34,022 nucleotides of DNA from Arcobacteraceae bacterium. GTDB lineage: Bacteria > Campylobacterota > Campylobacteria > Campylobacterales > Arcobacteraceae. Below the pieces are notes generated by a model. That model was not told the origin of the DNA, searched no databases, and was given only the letters and a program-made list of their open reading frames with translations. The stretch spans positions 1 to 34,022 of the forward strand of contig CBDCZH010000004.1 in NCBI GenBank assembly GCA_965224485.1, given 5' to 3'. Of this stretch, positions 8,501-16,818 are shown piece after piece; the first letter of the stretch is position 1, and each line of letters starts with the position of its first letter. A program made the translations under genes and the position numbers.

Positions 8501-8767
8501 TACTAAGTACAGCAGCTCTTTAGTCTGGTCATTTAAAGTTTAAAACACTAACAAAACTTTGAAGAAAGACAAGTGGGGTGTATATTCCTTCAAATTTTTA
8601 ATTATCAATTTAATATAAGAAACGAGTGTAGACTGTACATATATAAAGTTTATAAGTAATAGCAACACCGTTCCTCATCTTATAAATTTTTTAAAAGTAA
8701 TATATACACTATTTACAAAATACTAAAAAAATGTTATAATTATCCGTATAATTAAAAGGATAATAAT

Positions 8768-9061
8768 ATGGTAGCTTATACTCAAAATGAATTAGTTTCA
8801 GCAACTGAAATATCAAAGCAATTTGGAGAATATATCTCTAAGGTTAAAAATGGAATAGTTGATAAAATTGGAGTTCTTAAAAATAATAAATTAAATGCAG
8901 TTATCTTATCAGTAGAAGAGTATGAACGTATGTCTGAAGCAATGGACTTACTTGAAGATATGAAAATATTTCAAGAAGTACAAGGGCGTTTTAAATCTGA
9001 TAAAAAACTTCTTGATGGAAATGATGTATTAAAAAAACACGGTTTGATGTTGGATGTATAA
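8768..9061 (+). CDS. Phd/YefM-family antitoxin
   Basis: VSATEISKQFGEY...VLKNNKLNAVILSVEEYE; acidic C-terminus; overlaps the toxin gene. Confidence 0.85.
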   Translation: MVAYTQNELVSATEISKQFGEYISKVKNGIVDKIGVLKNNKLNAVILSVEEYERMSEAMDLLEDMKIFQEVQGRFKSDKKLLDGNDVLKKHGLMLDV

Positions 9062-9365
9062 TTTTAAATTCTACGAAGAAGCAGAAAAAGACCTTTCTAA
9101 ATTAAATAATTCTGTTAAACAACTTTTTGTAAAAAAACTAAGTCAAATAATTAGTAATCCAGAAATAGGAAAAAATCTAGGTAATAAAAACAACTTGAAT
9201 TTAACAGGTCTAAAAAAAGTTTATTTTGATAATAAAAGATATAGAATAGTTTATGAAATCATAGAGAATGAAATTATTATACATATAATCGCTATTGGTA
9301 AACGAGATAATATGAAAGTCTATAAGGAAGCTAGTAATAGGTATGAAAAACATAACAATAACTAG
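9054..9365 (+). CDS. RelE/ParE-family toxin
   Basis: A.KDL.KL...NP..G..L.....GL.K...YRIVY...IIAIGKR..VY; basic, 103 aa. Confidence 0.88.
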   Translation: MYNFKFYEEAEKDLSKLNNSVKQLFVKKLSQIISNPEIGKNLGNKNNLNLTGLKKVYFDNKRYRIVYEIIENEIIIHIIAIGKRDNMKVYKEASNRYEKHNNN

Positions 9366-9404
9366 CATACGAACGCAGAGCGTCGCTGAAGTCAAACGTT
9401 ATAT
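9350..9404 (+). other. attC-like integron recombination site
   Basis: ACATAAC ... GTTATAT, 55 bp, central acgc-aga-gcgt hairpin; overlaps the 3' end of the RelE gene; homologous to 10176-10229. Confidence 0.6.
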
Positions 9405-9486
9405 CTAATATTAATCGTTGAATCAAATCTTTATTTAGTCTAATAAAAGAAGACTGGCATATTTATTTAAAATTATGCCAATTTGT

Positions 9487-9831
9487 TTAAGTTAAAGATA
9501 ATTTTGTATCTTTTTCTATTAAACCTTTTACATAAGAGTTTAATGAAACACCAATTCTTAATGCATTTCTAACAGCTGCTAAGTGAAGTTCACTTCCTGC
9601 TCTAATATTAAAAACACCTTTAAATGCTTTTTGCGGAACTTTATTTAATTCTTTACAAGTATCTAGATATTCATCAACAGCATCTTTAAAATTAATTTCT
9701 AAGTCATCAGCTGTATATGCTTCAAAAGTAACTAAATCATTAATCATACTTAATTTACCAAAAAAACATTTATCTTCTTGTGAATATTCAACTGTACCAA
9801 TATAACCATTATATTCAATAGTATTTGACAT
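9487..9831 (-). CDS. hicB: HicB-family antitoxin
   Basis: YNGYIGTVEYS.ED..FFG...F..AVDEYL..C......P.K.FKGVFNIR...LH......GVSLN. Confidence 0.9.
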   Translation of the reverse strand: MSNTIEYNGYIGTVEYSQEDKCFFGKLSMINDLVTFEAYTADDLEINFKDAVDEYLDTCKELNKVPQKAFKGVFNIRAGSELHLAAVRNALRIGVSLNSYVKGLIEKDTKLSLT

Positions 9832-10079
9832 TATATTATCTCCTTTAATTTAATTTGTATTTGTTTTACAAGATATACTTTTAGTATATCACTTGGGTGT
9901 GGTTTGTGAAGATTTATTAATAAATCTTTTTCTTTATTGTAAAACTTTACGGCAGAACCACTACCTTCTATTTTAATAAACCCTAAAGACATAAGCAACG
10001 AACTTAGTTCCTTAAAAGTCAAATCCTTTCTTGTTGGATTTTCTAAAAACTTTAATATTAATTTGTCTTTTTTACTCAT
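9831..10079 (-). CDS. hicA: HicA-family toxin
   Basis: MSKKDKL...LTF.EL..LL..LGF....GSGS...F......LHKPHP...LK.Y; coupled to hicB. Confidence 0.9.
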   Translation of the reverse strand: MSKKDKLILKFLENPTRKDLTFKELSSLLMSLGFIKIEGSGSAVKFYNKEKDLLINLHKPHPSDILKVYLVKQIQIKLKEII

Positions 10080-10175
10080 GTATTATGATACCATATTTCA
10101 GTTACAATTACAAATAGTTTTTAGTTTATTAAAATTCCAAGGACGTGATACCTAATTATTTAAAATTACTTGACA

Positions 10176-10229
10176 ACATAACAAAATCTTGAAGCAAGCG
10201 CAGAGAATCGCTCAAGTCAAACCTTGTAC
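10176..10229 (+). other. Degenerate attC-like site
   Basis: ACATAAC-aaaat-CTTGAAGC...GCTCAAG-tcaaac-CTTGTAC. L boxes pair with one extra base; R' reads CTT instead of GTT. Confidence 0.55.
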
Positions 10230-10479
10230 ACAGAAAGTTAGTATTAAATAAATTTCATTTTTAAAGTATAACTATAAAAGACGAATTAACAGAGTTCTTG
10301 CTATATACAACTGCTAATAGTGATATGAAAGTAGAGAATTAAAGAAAGTTCAGTTAGTTCCATTTTGGAACATACCACTTCTCATGGTGAAATAAAGGAC
10401 AAAACTTAAATATAAGAACTTAAGAGAAATTCACTTAAGTTTTGATAAGATATGTTATATTTAGCTATTGGAGAAAAAT

Positions 10480-10659
10480 ATGCAAACATTAACAATAAAT
10501 ATTCAAAATGAATCATTAACAAAAAAAGTCTTATGGATGTTAGAGCATTTTAAAGATGATGGTCTTGAAATAACATCAAATGAAAATATTGAAGACTTAA
10601 AACTAATAAAAGCAACAAAAAATGAAGAAACTATAACTTTTGAAGAATCCTTAATATAA
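10480..10659 (+). CDS. Small acidic protein, antitoxin-like (orphan)
   Basis: GGAG RBS before the ATG at 10480; MQTLTINIQ..., acidic C-terminus (EDLKLI...ETITFEE); TA-island context. Confidence 0.5.
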   Translation: MQTLTINIQNESLTKKVLWMLEHFKDDGLEITSNENIEDLKLIKATKNEETITFEESLI

Positions 10660-10663
10660 GTAT

Positions 10664-11611
10664 TTATATTATTACTTCCCAATACCCAGCACGTAAACTA
10701 CCTGCTCTTTTTAACTTATTTTCATCTTTTAATTTTTTTATGATTTTCTTAATTCCAGATTCACTCATTGATAAAAATTCGCATAATTCTTTTATTGTTA
10801 TCTTATTATTCTCACTAATAAGTGATAATATCCTTTGGTCACTTTTTTGGTTACTTTTATAGTTACTTTTTAAAGATTCTTGTATTGATTCTAAAATCAT
10901 TGCTAACATGAACTCAATAAATGGCGTACTCTCACCCATTTCAGTTGAATCTTCAATTGCTTTATAATATTGTTCTTGGTGATCTCTTATTATACTTTCT
11001 GTTGGTAAAAGAGAGAAAATTGGATTATATCTATTTAAGATTACACTTTGCCAAAGTCTCCCTATTCTTCCATTACCATCTGAAAAAGGATGAATAAATT
11101 CAAATTCGTAATGAAAAATACATGATTTTAAAAGCATATGTTCTTCACTTTTTTTAAGCCATAAGAATAAATCTTGCATTAAAATTGGTACAAGATTAGC
11201 TTTTGGAGCTATATGCTCACCTACTCTGACATTAACACTTCTAAACTTACCTGAATTTTTTAGTATTTCAGCCATTAATATTTTATGAGCATCTAATAAA
11301 TCATTGATGTTAAAAAAAGAGTATGAATCTAAGCTCTCATAAGCTTTGATAGCGCCTTTAACTTCTAAAAGTTCTGTATTTGTAGCTAATACTCTTTTTC
11401 CTTCTAAAATTGCTGTAATTTTCTCAACACCTAGATAATTACCTTCTATTTCTAAAGTACCTGCTAAAGTTTTAATACGATTCTTTTTTCTAAGCATTAA
11501 AGTAGTTTTTTTAGATGAATTAAGTTCTAGTTTTATTAAGTCTTCACTAATTTTTGTAGAAAGCTTTAGAATATTAGATGTAATAGTATATGGGGGAACA
11601 TAATCTTTCAT
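10664..11611 (-). CDS. Fic-domain protein with C-terminal HTH
   Basis: Canonical HPFSDGNGRIGR motif; inhibitory-like TLEIEGN; C-terminal HTH ending GSLRAGYWEV. Confidence 0.92.
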   Translation of the reverse strand: MKDYVPPYTITSNILKLSTKISEDLIKLELNSSKKTTLMLRKKNRIKTLAGTLEIEGNYLGVEKITAILEGKRVLATNTELLEVKGAIKAYESLDSYSFFNINDLLDAHKILMAEILKNSGKFRSVNVRVGEHIAPKANLVPILMQDLFLWLKKSEEHMLLKSCIFHYEFEFIHPFSDGNGRIGRLWQSVILNRYNPIFSLLPTESIIRDHQEQYYKAIEDSTEMGESTPFIEFMLAMILESIQESLKSNYKSNQKSDQRILSLISENNKITIKELCEFLSMSESGIKKIIKKLKDENKLKRAGSLRAGYWEVII

Positions 11612-11683
11612 TTAAAACTCTCTTTTACTTTAAATCTTTATTTTGTTCTATTATATCTTAAAATTTATATTATTACCAAGCAT

Positions 11684-11727
11684 AAAAAAACCCAATTTAG
11701 GCTCTATTTCTAGGCTTAAATTGGGTT
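11684..11727 (-). terminator. Rho-independent terminator of the glyS operon
   Basis: aacccaattta/taaattgggtt stem, followed on the minus strand by a T run, just downstream of the glyS stop. Confidence 0.7.
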
Positions 11728-11754
11728 GATATACTGATATTTAAAACTTATATA

Positions 11755-13770
11755 TTAGATAGATATTTCCTTAATATCTGCAATATTTTTAAAAGCTTTG
11801 TATACTAAAGCTATTAAGTTTTTTCTATTTGTTTTAATTTGTATGTTTTCATGATTTACAAAAACATTTTCAAAGAATGAATCCAGGGCTGGTTTTAGAG
11901 AAAAAAGAGCTTCTAGTTCTTCATCATATGAGTTATAGGAACTATTTATTACTTTTTTATACTCTTTATATAAAGCTTTTTCATCATTTTCTTCAAATAA
12001 AGTTTCATCTAAACTTAGATTTTCTTCAATATTTACATCTTTTATGATATTTGATACTCTCTTAAAAGTACTTGAGTAGTTTTTAAAATCACTACTTAAA
12101 ACAATTGGATTAAGAGCACATAGTTTCTTTGATATTTTATAAACATCTTTTTCACCACTTCCTAAAACTGCTTTTAAAACAGAAGGATTTACTTCAAAAA
12201 TTTTAAATAATCTTTCATTGAAAAAATCTAATAAAAGTTTTTTATCTAAACCTTTGTAACTTGAACTAAGTTCATCTATAATATTTGATAAGTTTAATTC
12301 TAATTTATGCTCCATAGAAATCTTAACAATTCCAGCAGCTGCTCTTCTTAAAGCAAAAGGATCTTTAGAACCTGTTGGTATTTTATTAACAGAAAATAAG
12401 CCCATTAAGTTATCAAGTTTATAAGAAAGTGCAATAATACTCGAAAAAACAGAAGAAGGAAGCTCTGAATCTTCTCCTAGAGGTAAATACTGCTCTTTTA
12501 TTGCCATATATACTTCTTTTTCTTCATTTGCAGCTTTTGCGTAATAATAACCCATCAGACCTTGTAATTCTGTAAATTCATAAACAACTTCTGACATTAA
12601 ATCAGCTTTTGATAAATTAACTGCTTTTGTAATTAATGAAATATCTTCTATATTATAAAGTTTTGCTAGATAAGTTGCTATTTTTGCTTCTCTTTGAAGT
12701 TTTTCATACATAGAACCTAAACCTTCAACAAAAACTAACTTTTTTAAACCTTCATTACTCAAACCAGTTTTTAAGTCATTTTTATAAAAAAACATTCCAT
12801 CTGCTAATCTTGGTCGTAAAACTTTTTCATTTCCAGCAATTATATGTGAAAAATCATTAGTTTTTGAATTAGATACAACTATAAAGTTATTAGATAAAAC
12901 TCCGTCTTTATAAACAGCAAAATATCTTTGATGTTCTTTCATAGAAGTTACTATAACTTCCTCAGGTAATTCTAAAAACTCTTTATCAAAGGTACCTAAA
13001 AGTGCTGTTGGATACTCAGTAATTGCTACAATTTCATCTAATAAGTTTTCATCTATATCAATTTTAATAGAGTTCTTATTTTGTATTTCTTTCATTTGTT
13101 CTAAAATAAGTTCTCGTCTTCTTTTTTGGTATAAAATAACTCCAGACTCTTTAAGTTTCAAGAAATAATCTTCTGGATTTTTAAAAGAAAAAGCATCATA
13201 AGAAACCATTCTATGAGGATAAGCTGCATTTGAAGATTTAACGCCAAATAAAGATGCCTCAATACTTTCTTCGCCTAAAAGAACACATAAACTTCTAACT
13301 GGTCTAATAAAACTATCTTTTCTACTAGCCCATCTCATTGATTTTCCAAAATTTAAACTTTTGATAAATTCATTAATCATATCATTTAATAAACTTTTAG
13401 ATGAAGCACCTTTTTTCTCACTTTTAAAGTATAGCACCTCACCTTTAGGTGTATCTTTTGTTTGAATATTTTCTACATCAATACCACATTTTTTGGCAAA
13501 ACCTAAGGCAGCACCTGTTGGTTTTCCATCTTTATATGCAATACTAACAGGTGCTCCTGTTAGCTCAATTATAGAATCTTCTTGAGAAAGTGGAAATTCA
13601 TTATGCCAAAGAACTAATCTTCTAGGAGTATAATAAAATTCAAAACCACATAAGATTTTATACTCTTCTAAAATTTTCATCCATTTTTTTTCTATGTTTT
13701 TAAGTTCTTTTAAAAATGCAATAGCAGGTAATTCTTCAACACCTATTTCTATTAATAATGGTTTAGTCAT
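11755..13770 (-). CDS. glyS: Glycine--tRNA ligase beta subunit
   Basis: LLIEIGVEELP, TPRRL, KSMRW, EFTELQG.MG.YYA, PTGSKDPFALRRAA. Confidence 0.97.
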   Translation of the reverse strand: MTKPLLIEIGVEELPAIAFLKELKNIEKKWMKILEEYKILCGFEFYYTPRRLVLWHNEFPLSQEDSIIELTGAPVSIAYKDGKPTGAALGFAKKCGIDVENIQTKDTPKGEVLYFKSEKKGASSKSLLNDMINEFIKSLNFGKSMRWASRKDSFIRPVRSLCVLLGEESIEASLFGVKSSNAAYPHRMVSYDAFSFKNPEDYFLKLKESGVILYQKRRRELILEQMKEIQNKNSIKIDIDENLLDEIVAITEYPTALLGTFDKEFLELPEEVIVTSMKEHQRYFAVYKDGVLSNNFIVVSNSKTNDFSHIIAGNEKVLRPRLADGMFFYKNDLKTGLSNEGLKKLVFVEGLGSMYEKLQREAKIATYLAKLYNIEDISLITKAVNLSKADLMSEVVYEFTELQGLMGYYYAKAANEEKEVYMAIKEQYLPLGEDSELPSSVFSSIIALSYKLDNLMGLFSVNKIPTGSKDPFALRRAAAGIVKISMEHKLELNLSNIIDELSSSYKGLDKKLLLDFFNERLFKIFEVNPSVLKAVLGSGEKDVYKISKKLCALNPIVLSSDFKNYSSTFKRVSNIIKDVNIEENLSLDETLFEENDEKALYKEYKKVINSSYNSYDEELEALFSLKPALDSFFENVFVNHENIQIKTNRKNLIALVYKAFKNIADIKEISI

Positions 13771-13909
13771 TCTTTTCCTTCTCTTTTTCTTCTATATCTT
13801 CTAGCTTTTTTACATGTTTATTTACTTGTTGTTTATTAAACCCTCGAATAAAACCAAAAACAATAATTACAAACATAATTATAATAACAATATCTAATAT
13901 ATCTTTCAT
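13763..13909 (-). CDS. 48-aa single-TM small protein (missed by the ORF track)
   Basis: MKDILDIVIIIMFVIIVFGFIRGFNKQQVNKHVKKLEDIEEKEKEKND*; AGGA RBS; fills the operon gap and overlaps the glyS start. Confidence 0.7.
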   Translation of the reverse strand: MKDILDIVIIIMFVIIVFGFIRGFNKQQVNKHVKKLEDIEEKEKEKND

Positions 13910-13914
13910 AAATC

Positions 13915-14307
13915 CTACTTATCTTTTTCTATATTTTTAAGATCTTCATTTGTATAAATAAGACCATCAATTTCTAAATTTGCTATTTCTTCAAACTCAT
14001 CACTTGAAGAAATAATTGTAATATTTTTAGCATCAAACATATAGTTATCTGCTATTTTTTGTATTTTAATACTTAAATCTTTTTTTGAGATAATATAAGT
14101 AGCACTTAGTGCATTTGCATAAAGTGCTTCTTTTACAGAGCTTACATATACAGCAAAAAATAAATTATTTTCTTTACAATAACTCTCTAGGCTCAAATTG
14201 TGAGAAAAAAGCAAAACAGAGTTTGCTTTTGTATTTTTTATATCTTCTTTAGAATGTATTAAATAAAATTCTTCACAAGATACGAATTCATCACCTAAAA
14301 TTATCAT
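13915..14307 (-). CDS. Hypothetical protein (Campylobacterota-type)
   Basis: 130-aa ORF in the operon; C-terminal QKIADNYMFDAK...IE/DG motif. Confidence 0.75.
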   Translation of the reverse strand: MIILGDEFVSCEEFYLIHSKEDIKNTKANSVLLFSHNLSLESYCKENNLFFAVYVSSVKEALYANALSATYIISKKDLSIKIQKIADNYMFDAKNITIISSSDEFEEIANLEIDGLIYTNEDLKNIEKDK

Positions 14308-14525
14308 TTAAGGCACTCTTGTGAACAAAAATACTTACCATTACTTAAAATAGCTTCATCTTTAGAGATAAAAGTTTGACACTTTGGACACTCTTCCATA
14401 ACATCTTCGATTTTTTCTTTTTCTTTTTTTATATTAGAGTTAACTATATTTTCTCTATTTTTTTTGAAAAAAACTATATATACTAAAAATAGTACTGCCC
14501 CAATTGCTAATATTTTAAAAACCAA
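14304..14525 (-). CDS. PP0621-like small membrane/zinc-binding protein
   Basis: N-terminal TM segment; MEECPKC..F....EA......FCS.EC. Confidence 0.8.
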   Translation of the reverse strand: MVFKILAIGAVLFLVYIVFFKKNRENIVNSNIKKEKEKIEDVMEECPKCQTFISKDEAILSNGKYFCSQECLK

Positions 14526-14528
14526 CTT

Positions 14529-15110
14529 TTATCCTTTGATATACAAATAGTTTCTCTCATTTAGACTAACTATTTTGTATTTATTTATTTTTGCATCTTC
14601 TAATTCTGTTTCCAACATACTTCCTTTATAAAAAAGGTAAGCTGTATCATTATTTGTGATATTTTTTGTTAAATCAAGTAATAAAGCTGTATTAGTAACT
14701 GCACGTGAACTAACTAAATCTACTTGTAAGTCTTTTACGTTCTCAACTCTATTACATATAATTTCAACATTTTCAAGTTTTAAAGAGTTTTTTACAAAGT
14801 TTAAAAATGCTACTCTTTTAGCTCTTGGTTCTATTAAATATGTTTTAAGTTCAGGTCTAGCCATTGCTAAGAAAAGACCAGGATACCCTGCTCCTGTTCC
14901 TATGTCAGCCAAAGAATTAAATTCTTCTAAAAAGCCTAGAGGAAAAACAGAATCATAAATATTTTTTTCTATTTTTTCAGCTTCTAACTCTGCACTTAAG
15001 TTATGAACCTTGCCCCATTGTTGAAGCATTGAAATAAAACTATTACAGTTTTTTATAAAATTTTTATCAAATGTAAAATTAATCTCTTCTATACTGTTTT
15101 TTAAATTCAC
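14529..15110 (-). CDS. rsmG: 16S rRNA m7G527 methyltransferase
   Basis: W..VHNLS, DIGTGAGYPG, KRVAFL, SRAV, YKG. Confidence 0.95.
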   Translation of the reverse strand: MNLKNSIEEINFTFDKNFIKNCNSFISMLQQWGKVHNLSAELEAEKIEKNIYDSVFPLGFLEEFNSLADIGTGAGYPGLFLAMARPELKTYLIEPRAKRVAFLNFVKNSLKLENVEIICNRVENVKDLQVDLVSSRAVTNTALLLDLTKNITNNDTAYLFYKGSMLETELEDAKINKYKIVSLNERNYLYIKG

Positions 15111-15136
15111 TTTTTACCTTAATCTTATAGTTTAGC

Positions 15137-15712
15137 TTATAATAAATGACCCATTTTTTCTTTTTTTGTACTTAAATACTCTTTATTGTGTTTATTAACT
15201 GCTGTAATTGCAGGAATTCGCTCTTCTATTTTTATTCCTAAAGATTCAATATATTGTATTTTTCTAGGATTATTTGTTATTAATTTTATACTTTTTAAGT
15301 TTAGATCTGCAAAAATTACTTTTAAAACAGAATAATCTCTGTCATCTTCACCAAAACCTAATTCTAAGTTAGCTTCTATTGTATTTCTTCCATTATCTTG
15401 TAAGCAATAAGCATTTACTTTATTTAATAAACCTATATTTCTACCCTCTTGTCTGTGGTAAATAATTATTCCACCTTCTTTAGCTATAAATTTTAAAGCT
15501 AAATCTAGTTGATCTTGGCAATCACACTTAAGCGAGCCAAAAGTATCTCCTGTTAAACACTCAGAGTGAACACGTACAAAAGGTATTTCTAGTTCATTAA
15601 AGTTTTCACTCATTAATAATAAATGTTCTTGATTATTTTGTTTATATGCTTTTATTTTGAACTTTCCGTATTTAGTTGGTAAGTTTGCTATGTTTGAGCT
15701 TTGTATATTCAT
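15137..15712 (-). CDS. ribA: GTP cyclohydrolase II
   Basis: VRVHSECLTGD.FGS.KCDC, QEGR.IGL.NK, TNNPRK. Confidence 0.97.
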   Translation of the reverse strand: MNIQSSNIANLPTKYGKFKIKAYKQNNQEHLLLMSENFNELEIPFVRVHSECLTGDTFGSLKCDCQDQLDLALKFIAKEGGIIIYHRQEGRNIGLLNKVNAYCLQDNGRNTIEANLELGFGEDDRDYSVLKVIFADLNLKSIKLITNNPRKIQYIESLGIKIEERIPAITAVNKHNKEYLSTKKEKMGHLL

Positions 15713-15827
15713 TCGATTTTAAACCTTATGTTGTTACAATGATGACTTAAAAAATCAAGCCAAATTAACAAATAAAAAAATTATATTTTCATTTGGTCAA
15801 AGATTATATCTAAAAGAGGTAAATAGA

Positions 15828-16805
15828 ATGTTTAAAAGATTTAGAAGATTAAGAATTAATGAAACTTTAAGAGATATGGTAGAAGAGACTAGTTTACATG
15901 CAAGTGATTTCTTATATCCTTTGTTTGTACAAGAAGGTAAGAATATTAAAAACGAAGTGAGCTCAATGCCTGGTGTTTTTCAAATGAGTTTAGATGTTAT
16001 TTTACAAGAATGTAAAGAATTACAGCAAATTGGACTCAAGTCTATTATACTTTTTGCAATTCCTGATGTTAAGGATTCAATTGGAAGTGAATGTTTATGT
16101 GATGAAAGTTTAATTGCAAGAACTATAAAAGCTATTAAAAAAGATTTTCCTTCAATGTTTATAGTAACTGATTTATGTTTTTGTGAATATACAGACCATG
16201 GTCATTGTGGAATAATAGATCCAAAAACAAAAAGTGTACATAATGATAAAACTTTAGAAATTTCAGCCACACAAGCACTAGTGCATGCAAACGCAGGTGC
16301 TGATATGATTGCACCTTCTGGAATGATGGATGGAATTATAAAAACACTAAGAACCACTTTAGATGAAAATGGTTTTGAAAACCTTCCAATTATGGCTTAT
16401 TCTTCTAAATTTGCCTCTGGATATTATGGTCCTTTTGGTGATGTTGCGCAAAGTGCACCCTCTTATGGAGATAGAAAAACATATCAAATGAACCCAGCTA
16501 ATAGACTTGAAGCAATAAGAGAATCTTTAGCAGATGAAGAAGAAGGTGCTGATATTTTAATGGTTAAACCAGCTCTTGCATTTTTAGATATTATAAGAGA
16601 TATTAGAAATAATTCACAACTTCCACTTGCTGCTTATAATGTTAGTGGTGAATATGCAATGCTTAAATGTGCACAAAAAGCTGGTGTAATTGATTATGAA
16701 AGAGTTATGATGGAAACGCTATTAGCTTTTAAGCGAGCTGGAGCAAATATAATTATTTCTTATCATGCTAAAGAAGCTGTAATATTATTGAATAAAAACA
16801 AGTAA
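15828..16805 (+). CDS. hemB: Porphobilinogen synthase (ALA dehydratase)
   Basis: [34 protein letters not shown]. Confidence 0.97.
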   Translation: MFKRFRRLRINETLRDMVEETSLHASDFLYPLFVQEGKNIKNEVSSMPGVFQMSLDVILQECKELQQIGLKSIILFAIPDVKDSIGSECLCDESLIARTIKAIKKDFPSMFIVTDLCFCEYTDHGHCGIIDPKTKSVHNDKTLEISATQALVHANAGADMIAPSGMMDGIIKTLRTTLDENGFENLPIMAYSSKFASGYYGPFGDVAQSAPSYGDRKTYQMNPANRLEAIRESLADEEEGADILMVKPALAFLDIIRDIRNNSQLPLAAYNVSGEYAMLKCAQKAGVIDYERVMMETLLAFKRAGANIIISYHAKEAVILLNKNK

Positions 16806-16818
16806 TAAAAGAGTAAAA

